NCBI GenBank assembly: GCA_032718475.1
Contig: JAUCBJ010007821.1
Coordinates: forward strand, 1 to 64,000
Source of the DNA: Nemertoderma westbladi
Lineage: Eukaryota > Animalia > Xenacoelomorpha
Reading direction: 5' to 3'
DNA length: 64,000 nt
Position 1 is the stretch's first letter. The number at the start of each line of letters is the position of its first letter. The position numbers were made by a program, and so were the translations under genes. This document shows positions 35,801-46,941 of this stretch, piece by piece. The notes below the pieces were generated by a model that was not told where the DNA came from, made no database searches, and saw only the letters and a list, made by a program, of their open reading frames with translations.

Positions 35801-35959
35801 CCGCCGCACAAACACGCCACACTCGGCCGTCGCGCCTTTGCAGTGTCCGGCCCAACCCTGTGGAACCAGCTACCGCGGCACATTCGCCTCACTCCAACAA
35901 TAGATGAATTTAAATCACTGCTAAAAACGCACCTATTTAAGACAAGTTATTCTTATTAG
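32891..35959 (+). CDS. LINE ORF2: AP endonuclease + reverse transcriptase
   Basis: NVNARS, VTETWL, ADFN, IDL, SDH (APE); LDLSAAFDTV, GFPQGSCLG, YADD (RT); L2-like tail KLDYCN..LHWLPV..LWNQLP. Confidence 0.95.
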   Translation: MSSTNSAVSHSDIAHSTARSSRISDLVDSGNIIDQAGTAQETDCNGDQHIQPRSPCDQHRAISFSNVNARSIRNKIPNIMDYVITKRINICAVTETWLSSDDDAVRALCQIAGYSLFDSPRRTGRGGGTGIIAAHPFHAKLSQDGVFDSFEYSTWKIYNVKKLIFIIVIIYRRPYSTNHPVTVQQFIIDFPVFIEPLLTIKQKIIITADFNIHINDANDNYTAKFLDQIAGIGLTQHVTVPTHISGNTIDLIITRNNNELLISKPSIGEQLSDHYFVNALIKHPFSLPTIKTVTSRNLKDINLEKFRMDIQQSALCKQHIYSTLNVESSVTMYNDELTSIIDQHAPLTTRNIKVRNSNPWYNGALSELKRKRRQAERKWRRTRLPLDAAYLAAARDRYSHAIANAQKKFYTNKIIACGKDQKQLFTFIKTLTIPTAEQELPAPHSSLSLPDSFGDFFVNKIEKIRDELSVIRTEINNVPVSYNDDDVPLTTAEFSCFSPCTEEAVNKLIMNAPNKQCPLDPIPTFILKQVITELLPLITNIVNKSITTGSFPEQWREAIITAALKNVKLESIIFQNFRPVSGLAFLSKLTERAAISQLMPHIKPLFPINQSAYMQNHSTETTLLRVHSDILMAMDDQRVTLLVFLDLSAAFDTVDRKTLLDVLRTKMNITDVAHQWFTEYLTNRTQRVIIKGCCSKSLCVRHGFPQGSCLGCILFIIYVTAIYQIIERHLPDVQGYADDNQLYLSFKPDSESNENGAVKAMELCIDELRNWFINNWLKINDTKTEFLIIGTDQQLSKVNTSSITVGGHTINKTDNVRNLGAYFDSTMSMNTFVTKTCSSAFYHLRNIQRIRPFLNKTTTESLIHAFISSKLDYCNALYYGIPDYQIARLQRVQNAAARLVSGVRKFEHITATPTLKALHWLPVKKRIEYKIILIVFKSLHNKAPKYIDELISVYRSPYHSRSTDALVLRVPPHKHATLGRRAFAVSGPTLWNQLPRHIRLTPTIDEFKSLLKTHLFKTSYSY

Positions 35960-37754
35960 TTCATTTTTTCATATTTTTCGTTTTAACATCGCCATTTGTT
36001 TTAACCCCGCCAACATTCGTTTTAACTCATCTTTATTTGTTTTAACCCCGCCAGCGTCGTTTTAATTCATCCTTCATTTGTTTTTCAACGCCAGCATTAG
36101 TTATAAACTCATACGTCATTTGTTTTATAGAACTCGTCGGCGTTTGTTTTAACTTGTCCTTCAATTGTTTCAACTCGGCCAACAACCCATTGTTTGTTTT
36201 AACTCAATACTTGTCTGTTTTTAATTATGAAATATTTATTTTTACTTCATTGATTGCCTTTCGTGCAGCGCCTAGAATAATTAGTATCATTTTTAAATAG
36301 GCGCTATATAAATTATACATTATTATTATTATTATTAAGTTTGTAATCAGTCGATCCCGTGCCTAACTTGTTACAAGTTAGTAATTGGTCGTTCCCGTTC
36401 CTAACTTGTTACAAGTTTGTAATCAGTCGATCCCGTGCCTAACTTGTTACAAGTTAGTAATTGGTCGTTCCCGTTCCTAACTTGTTACAAGTTTGTAATC
36501 AGTCGATCCCGTGCCTAACTTGTTACAAGTTAGTAATTGGTCGTTCCCGTTCCTAACTTGTTACAAGTTTGTAATCAGTCGATCCCGTGCCTAACTTGTT
36601 ACAAGTTTGTAATCAGTCGATCCCGTGCCTAACTTGTTACAAGTTAGTAATTGGCCGATCCCGTGCCTAAGTTGTTACAAGTTTGTAATTGGCCGATCCC
36701 GTTCCTAACTTGTTACAAGTTTGTAATCAGTCGATCCCGTGCCTAACTTGTTACAAGTTTGTAATCAGTCGATCCCGTGCCTAACTTGTTACAAGTTAGT
36801 AATTGGCCGATCCCGTGCCTAAGTTGTTACAAGTTTGTAATTGGCCGATCCCGTTCCTAACTTGTTAAAAGTTTGTAATTAGTCGATCCCATGCCTAACT
36901 TGTTAGAAGTTAGTAATTGGCCGATCCCGTGCCTAACGTGTTACAAGTTCGTAATTAGTCGATCTCGTGCCTAACTTGTTACAAGTTAGTAATTGGCCGA
37001 ACCCGTGCTTAAGTTGTTACAAGTTTGTAATTGGTCGATCCCGTGCCTAACTTATTACAAGTTAGTAATTGGCCGATCCCGTGCCTAACTTGTTACAAGT
37101 TTGTAATTGGTCGACCCCGTTCCTAACTTCTAACTTGTTACAAGTTTGTAATTAGTCGATTCCGTGCCTAACTTATTATAAGTTAGTAATTGGCCGATCC
37201 CGTGCCTAACTTGTTACAAGTTTGTAATTGGTCGACCCCGTTCCTAACTTGTTACAAGTTTGTAATTAGTCGATTCCGTGCCTAACTTGTTACAAGTTTG
37301 TAATTAGTGCGCCAACCAAATCTTTATTGGAAATATTAGATTCAAAAATACAAACAAATACTAATTTTCGTTAAAATTGACTTAATTTTCTGCCGTTAAA
37401 TTATATTACTTAATTTACCATCAGGGATACTTTCAGTAAGAAGTGGGACCTTCGCGCAGCACGTGAGATAACTTTACTAATACTTTATACTAAGTATAAA
37501 CTCGAAAGGGTTATAAATAACATGTAAACATATCATCTCCCCCTGAACAATTTTACCCTGCAGCGACAGACTGGATAATTGCAGAAGGGTTAAACCATGG
37601 AATACTAAATATACTCGATAAAATTCATAAAAAATTTTTTGAATTTTATCGATTATCTGCTCATTATCTTTAACATTATATTATTCAATTAAAGTTAACC
37701 GCGTACGTACTTATTTTAATATGTAAATTATGTAAACATTTTATTATATATTTA

Positions 37755-37802
37755 TATCATTGAAGACGTGTGTTAGTTAATACACGAAATGGCCATATGA
37801 TA
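37755..37802 (+). ncRNA. Probable minimal type I hammerhead ribozyme (Penelope-like terminal repeat remnant)
   Basis: TATCA-TTGAAGA-c-GTGTGTTA/TAATACAC-GAAA-TGGCCA-TA-TGATA gives stem I, a core with a C3U variant, stem II and a palindromic stem III. Confidence 0.55.
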
Positions 37803-37929
37803 AAAGGAATTTGTTTTACTTAGAATCGTGGCTTAGACCCTTACAACACCAATATAACTCGATTTTAATATGTATTCGCCGCGAACGACATCTTTCAAAC
37901 TCGCTTCATATTTAAAGCGAATACAGTCA

Positions 37930-38976
37930 CACAATGGTTGGCATAGTGTCCTTTAAGATGCGTCTCAAGAAAGTCATGGGCGGTCCACCATGCTTATTCA
38001 CTCCATGAGGCCGCCAAAGCACAAGATTATGCAACTGGTTGGTCCTCACGGCGAAAGAAATGTCCTGCAAAGCGGATGAGGCTTTGTTCTAGTGTCAAGT
38101 TGGGGGAACCAATAAGACACCTCCAATGTTATATATTGTCTGGTTGGAGATGTGTGCATTGTACATGATACAGTGAAACCGGCGTAGCATTCTTGTGAAT
38201 GTGCCATCCAGAGATTTGGTGTCCTCAGCAGTTAGAGCCCAGCAGTAGTTCCAGCGAACTACTGCTGCTCTAAATAATCGGACCTTAAGTTTCCGATGAA
38301 TTCTATGTGACTTCTAAATCATGGAAAGCCCATTCAAGTCTGCACATGCCTTTCCCTTAAGTATTCGAAGGTCCTCACCTGACTTCCGGATCCATGATCC
38401 CAGATAACAGAAGTCGTCCACATGCTCAAGCATACCATCCTTTGAGCTTATGCTCATCCGGTCAGAGACTTACTGAGGACTTTCAAAGTTAACTGTCACA
38501 ATTTTGGTCTTTTTGGAGTTAATAAAAAGACCAACACTAGAAGCAGCCTGTTCTAATGAGCTGAGCAGCCATTGGGCTCCCTCTAGTGATTCTGAGAGAA
38601 CTCCTAAGTCATCAGCAAAGTCTAGATCAGTTAGGTACTTGGGAGAATTTCCTCTGGAGTTCTCTGGAGTTCTGGAGCCAGTAGGTGGAGTTATCATCAC
38701 CCCATCATCATTATGATGATCTAAGGACATGCGTAGAACATAGTCAACAACAATTATGAACAAGAATGGCGCAAGTGAGTCTCCTTGGAGGACTCCCCAT
38801 AACACTTCAAATGGTTCTGTGTCACCGTCAACAGTAGACACAAATGTTGTCGAACCATCGTATACTGATCTGATTGCTGCAATAATTTCATCAGGAATCC
38901 CATATAATGAAAGTATGTTGAACATACGTGAGCGAGAGACTGAATCAAAGGCCTTGAAAAAGTCAACAAAGATAAC
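37930..38976 (-). pseudogene. RTE-clade LINE reverse transcriptase remnant (3' part)
   Basis: FVDFFKAFDSV, GVLQGDSLAPFLF, LDFADD, KTK, DFCYLGSW; stops and frameshifts downstream. Confidence 0.85.
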
Positions 38977-38981
38977 ACCCA

Positions 38982-39519
38982 TGTTAACTTATTCAATCCC
39001 GCCAACACCCCATAAAGTTGTAAGCCGATAAGCAATATTGGGAGCCACGAGATTGGGCAATTAACCAACTCGTGCCATCCCAATAAGAGTGGGAAGGAAG
39101 CACACAATAGAGGGTCAGGGGCCAAACCCCTAACCCAAGGAGAACAGGTGGAGTGAACGGGAATACTCCACGGGGCGCCAACAAGGGTATTAACCAATCA
39201 GAGGGGGGAATGGCATCGATTGAGTAGCAGTAAGGCCACCGTGCAATATAACCAATAACCTATTAATCAGTGATTCAGTTATCTCAGTGCAGCAGTGCTA
39301 GCGTAGGGTACAGCCAATTAGTTTAGTTAGGGGATCACGGGACTTTAGTTACCGTATCCCGCCTACCGTATAATTCACAATATATCTATATCCTATAACC
39401 TATTATTATACACCGAACTTCAGAACTCAGTTATCTTTATTTCACTCTTATACACGGCGGGGACGCGTGGACTAAATACCACATCGGATAAATCGGGATC
39501 CCTCCTGGATCCCGTCACA
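38982..39519 (+). repeat. 5' LTR of element 2
   Basis: Matches 50196-50733; I saw one mismatch (LTR position 6). Confidence 0.96.
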
Positions 39520-39733
39520 GTAACTAAACCGAGCTGCCGCCCTAGTTAAACTCTAAGAACTGCAACCTAGCTAGCCGAATCATCAGGCTAGGAGGCCCAG
39601 GCGGACCCCGGGCGAAGATCAAACGATCCGCGAGGCCGCGACCAGGCGGTATAGGCCCACGACGCCGGAGCCATCGGTAACGGGTGACCCGGAAGTCCAA
39701 GAGAAGGGGGACCGTCTGGAATCAGAATCCGAG

Positions 39734-42700
39734 TTGAGAGGAGAGGGACTCGAGCCGGAGGATAGAGAGAACGAGGTCGAGGGAGAAAGAGACGAGTCGA
39801 CACGAGACGGAGAACGGCGCGCCGATGTCGCCGGCCAGCTACCGGCCGAGGGCGACGAGCGGCCCACCGAAACGGCGACGGTGGGGCCGACGGTACGACG
39901 CCGGACGCGAAGAGACGGAGGAGAGATTGGTACCGATGTCGCCGGCCAGCTAAAGGCCGAGGGCGACGGACGGCCCACCGGAACGGCGACGGTGGAGCCG
40001 CCGGTACGACGTCGAACCCGGAGGGCCGGAGGAGAGGTCGGCGACGAGGACGTCGGGGTATCAGAGCGACTTCGACGGGCCTACAACGCGACCCGAAGGA
40101 TGATAAAGGACGCCAAGAAGGAAGGGGCGAAGGTAGACGAGGTGAGACTGAGAAAGCGACTAGGTGAGTCGGATAGACACATAAATTACCTAATACGTTT
40201 TGGGCAAAGAGAACTAGCCGAAACGAGAGCACACGGGATTGCCGGGGAACTGTTTGTACTATGGGAGTGTGGGAGTATGGAACCTAGTGTAGCGTCAGTG
40301 TACATAGGGCCATACTTGGTCGATGCCCGGGGAGTAAAACCAGTAGGCTGGAGGGAACCCGAAGGGGGCGAATCCGAGGTTAACCCCGAGGATTCGGCCT
40401 CGTCGGTCGGAGAAAGCTCCGGGAAGCGGGGGGAAATCAGTAGGTCGGGAAGGCGGGGGAAATCCGTCGTAACCGATAAGTCTGTTACATCCTCCGCGAA
40501 AGGAAGAGCGGTGAGAGAGATAGGTGCCGAATATCGTCTCAGCATGGCAGCGAAAGATCATAGAGAAATGAAGGAACGGCTAGAGGAAGGGAGGGTGCGG
40601 TTAGAGAGGGAAACGGCATTGCTTAAAGAAACAGGAGAGAGGGCCGAAAGGGCTTTGAAAAGCCTAAGGGAGTATGATGAGATAGAGGAAAGGGAGTGTA
40701 GGGAGCGTGAGGCGAGAGAGGAAAGGGGGCGCAAGGAGCGTGAGGCAAGGGAGGAAAGGGAACGCAAGGAGCGTGAGGCGGAACGCAAGGAGCGTGAGGC
40801 GAGAATGGAAAAGGAACGCAAGGAGCGTGAGGCGAGAGAGGAAGGGGAACGCAAGGAGCGTGAGGCAAGGGAGGAAAGGGAACGCAAGGAGCGTGAGGCG
40901 GAACGCAAGGAGCGTGAGGCGAGAGAGGAAAAGGAACGTAAGGAGCGCGAAGTGAGACGAAGGGAGAGTATTAAGAGTGCTGCAGAGTCGGCCATTAGGG
41001 ACACCCGGGAGCGTGAGAGAAGAGTGGCAGAGACTGAGGGAGAAAACAAGAAAATAGAGAGACAACAGAGTGAGTCTGCGGGAGATGAGATTAAACGGGC
41101 GCACGAGTTGCAACTCGTGCGAAAAGCGCCGTCTGAAAGCGGGGCCGGCTCGGGTATTTTTAGGGAGCCGGGGGCCGTAGAAACATTTATTAATACCCCA
41201 CTGACAGGGACCGCACGACAGACTCAAGACTGGTGCGACCGTACGAGCGGGGGGGGTAATAATGATATTGGTACTGTAGACGTTGTTGATATTAATAGTA
41301 CCGTATGGGATAACACTAATCAAACCTTTATTGCAGGAAATACTTTGCCTAGTGGTAGTAATTTAAATTTAAATCAGAACAATCCCAATACTAATGTAGA
41401 AAATAATCCTAATGTTGATGTAGTTACGCAAAATAATTCAAATAATCAAAATAATAATCCGAACTCGGACCTACAAAATAATTTAAATAACGCAATTACG
41501 CAAAATAATTCGAATAATTTAAATAATGACCCATGCCCGAATTTACAAAATAACTCAGATAACGTAGTCGCGCAGAATAATGCAAATGGTTTTGTTTCAA
41601 ACGAGCAAATTGATTCCGTTTCTAATATAGGTGCTATTAATGCAAACACGTCGGGCCTACATAACCAGGGAGCAGAGGGCCTGGTAGGCCACGTAGTTAG
41701 TGGACAGGGAGCAGAGGGCCTGGTAGGCCACGTAGTTAGTAGACAGGGAGCAGAGGGCCTGGTAGGCCACGTGGTTGGTAGGGAGGGAGTAGAGGGCCTG
41801 GTAGGCCACGCAATAGCAGAGGGAGAGGCGGGGGTGAACAGACCCGACCGTGGTAGGGTTGATGTGTCGACTAGAGAGGTATATAATAGCGGGGAAAGAG
41901 GTAGCGAAGTTAGATGTAGCGAGTGGGGGGGGGGGGGCTACGAGGGCCCCACAACAGAGAGTTAGCGGCGAGAAGGGGGGGGGCAGAGAGTGTCCCACAG
42001 CCGTCAGCGGATAATGCGAGGGCCGAACAAGGTAAACCGCAACAACCGGCGACGGAAAGTAATAGGGGGATTGCGAGTATCCCCAGCGACGTGCGATCGA
42101 GCAGAGAAAGACAGGTTGACGTCGCGGGAGGGCAGACGGAGCGTCGAGCCCGATCAGAGGAGGAAAGAAGAACAGTGGGGTTTAACCGGGAGGTCGACGA
42201 GAGATCTCGTGAGCGGGAATATTCCACTGATAGGAGAAGAGAGGAAGACAGTAGTAGGAGTATCGCCGCAAACGATAGAAGAGCGAGGACGGACAGCGAG
42301 CCGTCGGTAGTCGAGATGAGAACGGAGAGTCAGTGGGGTCGGACTCCGGGAGATTGCCGTCGCCCCGGAGGGATGCGATCCGGTGAGACGCATTACACGG
42401 CGAGAGAGGGGTACGCGATGTACCGGTACGAAGATGAAAACAGTGGAGAGGGGGGTCGAAGAGAAACTTTCCGACGGAATATACCTACCGATCGAGAATA
42501 CGGTAGCCGCGGGGAGGATTATTCGAGAAGAATAAACTTCGATCCCGAGCAACACATGCAGACTGTAGGGCATACTGTAGGTCTTACTGCACATACCGTA
42601 GGCCATACTGAGAGAGGCAATGTAGGCGATAGGATAGCGCGGACAACGGGATTAAACCCGGAAGTCGCGGAATACATACCGGCGAGTAGGCCAGAAGCTG

Positions 42701-45616
42701 ATAGGCCTATACCGGTACCAGCACAGCAGTATGACTACAGCATGCAGGGACATAACATATACCCAGGGGAAGGGGGAATTATTGCGGATAGGTGCATGGG
42801 CCCCAACATATTAACATCAACCCCATTCCCAAACATACCGGTGGGGGGGGGGACAGGGTGACATTCCCCCATCACAATATCAACAATATACCCCGATGGT
42901 AGCAAGAACAACGAAACCCTTGGACGAAAACAGGTCGTGTGATACAGACATATGGAGGGGGCCGCTACCCCCGATGACATATCCGAGTCAGAGAAGATCA
43001 AGAAATAGGACGGACGAACCGCACCAGACAGGGGAAACTATACAGCACCCGTCGAATCCATTAGAAGCGCAGGCAATGGGGATGGCCACGTTGATCGATG
43101 CGTTGAAAACGAGGATCGAATTACCACCCGTGGAACCGTTCAAATTCGATGGGAGCAGGCCGGAAGAATACTTACAGTTTCGGCGAATGTATAGTAACGA
43201 AATACTAACAAAAAACTTGACGCAGGCGGAGTGCCTAAAATATCTACAAGTGTACACGGGAGGCCCAGCATACGATATCGTGAGGCAATACCAGGGAATA
43301 GAGGGCGGCTTCACGACAGCATGGCGGGCACTGGATAGGGAATACGGGCACCCGGCCAAGATCATCAGGCAGACGCTGAGAGGCATAACATCGGGTGGCC
43401 TACAGGATAATCCCGTTAGCATTAAGACGTTTGCTAACAAAGTCGAGAAGGCGCTGATCGTGCTGAAGACGCTAGACGCGCCATACGAGCTCAACGCGTC
43501 CAATAACATCACCACGATAGCGCAGGCACTACCGAGCTGGCTGCGCAACAAATGGAGGAAGATCGCTTTCTCCACCCGAGACAAGAAGGGTGCGGAACCA
43601 GGTTTAGAAGAAATGTCAAACTTCTTAAATTACGAGGCCGAACTAATAACGGACCCAGTTTATAGTGAAGATAGCCTGGGAAAGGGACCAAAGACAGATC
43701 ACTACAGGCCCAAACCAGAGCACAATACATCGAACGCGTTACCGAGACTCAGGCAATCATTGCCATATGCAGCGACGCAGGGGACTGCAAGTCCACAGAC
43801 AAGCGAAGATAAGACAACATCAAGGGACGGACAGGGGAACAATAACAACATGAATAAACATAACCCCAGTACGTCCAGTAGGCCAAATCCAGTCAATAAG
43901 AATAGTAGGGACTTTGGTACAAATATAACTGCGATACGCAACGCATTGTATAAAGAGGGCTACGACCCAAAGAGCAAATGCCAGTTACACGCAAATGCGC
44001 TTCATAAAACCATGAACTGCAGGTACTGGCAGGCGCTACCGAGGCAAGACCAGATAGATTACGCGTCGAGCAATAAAATCTGCTCGCGATGTGTAAAGAG
44101 TGGACACAAGGCCAGGGAATGCCAAGAGAAGCCGGTCAAGTTTGGCCAAAGGAGAGGCCAGACGATGGCAACGAGCACAGTAGGGGCGAAGAGGAGAGGA
44201 ACAGTGCTACTTGGAGTAGTACCAGTACGAGTGATCGGGGAAGGCAATCGATCAGTAACAACACTAATGCTGGTTGATAGTGGAGCTGCCTTCACATTAG
44301 TTGAGGAATGGGTAGCCGAAGAAATAGGGTTGAGAACGAGGCCAAGCAGGATGGCGGTGACAACCATCTCTAGCAAAGACGAGATCCTAGAGATGAGGAC
44401 AGGACGGTGCGCAATTGCAGCAGTGGCACCAGGATGCGATTATGGGGCAACCATCGACCCCATCCAAGTAATAGAGTCAATTAACATCAATGCCAGGCGG
44501 CCAACCAACATCGAGGTCGAGCAATACAAATTCCTGGATAACATTGACTTCTCAATCCCAGACGTGGACGTTAGGAAGGTATCCATCATAGTAGGCATGG
44601 ACTGCCCAACGGCCCACGAGAGAATGCAAACGGTCTTCGGCGAAGACAAGCAGAGCGACCCGGTGGCCATATTAACACCATTCGGGTGGACGCTGAGTGG
44701 TCCAATTAAGAGCAAGATACCATTCCATGTGTCCGAGAGTTCAGGATGCATGGTGCCAGGAACTGACGAGATAGAGGAGAGGCCAGAGATGGCTAGACAG
44801 CTAGAAGTAGAAGCAACACCAAGAGAGTGGGCGGAGGAGAATGGTATGGATGCAGAAGATCTAGAGACGATGGGTTGGAATAAGGGTCCCAGGAAGTATC
44901 GGTATGGAGATGGGGAGGAGCGGACGGTGGAGTGTCGGGAGGACAAACCGGAGAAGTGTCCGGTGGAGTGTCCAGAGGAGCGCCCGGAAGAGACGCCGGT
45001 CCGGTTGAGAGGCATACCGACAAGGGGGAAGCCGAGTAAGAATACAAGATGGAAAGGGAGAAGATGTGAGACGATCAGACCAGGGGCAGAGAAGCCCATG
45101 AATAAACATATGGTGGACAAAGGAGGCGGGAGAGTAGGAGGCGTGCTGCGCACGCACGCGGAACTGACAGAGTGCGAGGGGGCATTACATGGGCAGGCAT
45201 CGTGTATACCAAAGGACGAACGGGGGTCGTTGAAGCCTTTAATGCCAGCACACATATTAAGGGGGAGGCCAGCAGAGGTGGCATCTAAGATTAAGGAGAA
45301 GAACAGGGGCGGCATTATGCCACCGGGTGACACGTTGAAGGGTGGCACTTTGCCGCCAAGGGACGACCACGAGATCAGAAACATAAATAGAAGACAGCAT
45401 TTCCAAAAACAGGAGAAAAGACCACCTATCGAATTAACAAGGAGAGCGGAGCGAAGAATTAGAGAACCTATAGGGGGGCAGTGGGAGAGTTGCCTGCTGG
45501 AGGAATCACCCCTTGGGTCGCTGAGTTGTCCAACAGGTTGGACTGGGATGGAAGAGTTAGATCCGCAAAAGGGTGCGGGCAGAGGTGTTACCTGTCTTCT
45601 AGAAGGGGCACCTTAG
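39734..45616 (+). CDS. BEL gag-protease with RT/RNase H/integrase core deleted; two frame breaks at G runs
   Basis: Three consecutive ORFs broken at G13 (about 41925) and G9 (about 42844). KFDG..YLQF gag motif, CSRCVKSGHKAREC, protease LVDSGA..FGWTLSGP, integrase-tail remnant LKPLMPAHILRGRP; no YxDD. Confidence 0.8.
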
Positions 45617-45724
45617 AAGTGGAGTTAGAGTGGAGTTTAGTCGTCCAAGTTTTGGACTGAGGGGGGTGGGATTGAGGGCGAGACGCCCTTCCCACACAAA
45701 TAAAAATAAAATAAAAATAAAAAT

Positions 45725-46450
45725 AAGAGTTAGAGTTAGTAGGTACGTAGTACCTAGAGTTAGAGAGTTAGTAGGTACGTAGTACCTAGTTAGAGTTAGA
45801 GTTAGTAGGTACGTAGTACCTAGAGTTAGTTAGTAGGTACGTAGTACCGATAGTTAGAGAGTTAGTAGGTACGTAGTACCTAGTTAGAGTTAGAGTTAGA
45901 GGGTACGTAGTACCGATAGTTAGAGAGTTAGTAGGTACGTAGTACCTAGTTAGAGTTAGAGTTAGTAGGTACGTAATACCTAGTTAGAGTTAGAGTTAGA
46001 GGGTAGGTAGTACCGATAGTTAGAGAGTTAGTAGGTACGTAGTACCTAGTCAGAGTTAGAGTTAGAGGGTACGTAGTACCGATAGTTAGAGTTAGTAGGT
46101 ACGTAATACCTAGTTAGAGTTAGAGTTAGAGGGTAGGTAGTACCGATAGTTAGAGAGTTAGTAGGTACGTAGTACCTAGTCAGAGTTAGAGTTAGAGGGT
46201 ACGTAGTACCGATAGTTAGAGTTAGTAGGTACGTGGTACCTAGTTAGAGTTAGAGTTAGAGGGTATGTAGTACCGATAGTTAGAGTTAGTAGGTACGTGG
46301 TACCTAGTTAGAGTTAGAGAGTTAGAGGGTACGTAGTACCAATAGAGAGTTAGAGTTAGAGGGTACGTAGTACCGATAGTTAGAGAGTTAGTAGGTACGT
46401 AGTACCTAGTTAGAGTTAGAGTTAGAGGGTACGTAGTACCATTAGTTAGA
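45725..46450. repeat. Internal ~30-bp tandem array in element 2
   Basis: Units of (TAGAGT)n plus TAGGTAC-GTA-GTACCTA hairpin core, over 20 copies. Confidence 0.9.
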
Positions 46451-46941
46451 GAGAGAGAGTAAGAGGTAAAAAGGGGTAAAATAGGATATAGATATTAGTT
46501 AGCAGTAAGTAGAGTTAGTAGCGAGAGGGGGGCATATGAGTGCAGCTGGATAAATCGTGTGGCCACACGACGCATACTGCTGTACTGCATAGGCCCACTG
46601 AGTAGGCCAGAATATGGATCAGAGAATAGAATAAATCCATAGGCAGTAGTAAGTAGTAGGACAGTAGAATCAAAGCAAAATAAATAAATAAATAGAATAG
46701 GGCTAAAATCGAAAAATAGTGGTAACACAAGGAAAGTCGTTCTAGAACATAATAAAAGTAACGGACGGAAATTGTAAATTAGGCTGATTTACTAGCTCCG
46801 AAATTAATTAGATTAAATTAAGCTTGAAAGGCGCAGTTAAGTAGAAAAGTAGGCCATTATCGAACTGTACGAAACATCTTAATACATCACTCATCTGTAT
46901 TGCGCCTTGGTAAGGCACCACCCTACAGGTGAGCGAGTGTA

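Larger units (their letters stand above)
31414..36336 (+). mobile_element. L2/CR1-group LINE, near full length
   Basis: ORF1 + APE-RT ORF2, (ATT)n tail at 36319-36336, short possible TSD AAGT; the satellite register resumes on both sides. Confidence 0.92.
31277..37308. repeat. 38-bp satellite split by the LINE (31277-31413 and 36337-37308)
   Basis: Unit CCTAACTTGTTACAAGTTTGTAATCAGTCGATCCCGTG with internal palindrome AACTTGT-T-ACAAGTT; roughly 3.5 + 25 copies. Confidence 0.92.

Noticed and set aside
29458-37308. CRISPR-like look of the 43-bp and 38-bp palindromic arrays
   Set aside because: Units are contiguous with no unique spacers, there are no cas genes, and the context is eukaryotic.
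41925-42852. Programmed frameshifting in element 2 gag
   Set aside because: Both breaks lie in long G homopolymers, typical of slippage or sequencing error; G-run length also differs between the element 1 duplicate copies.
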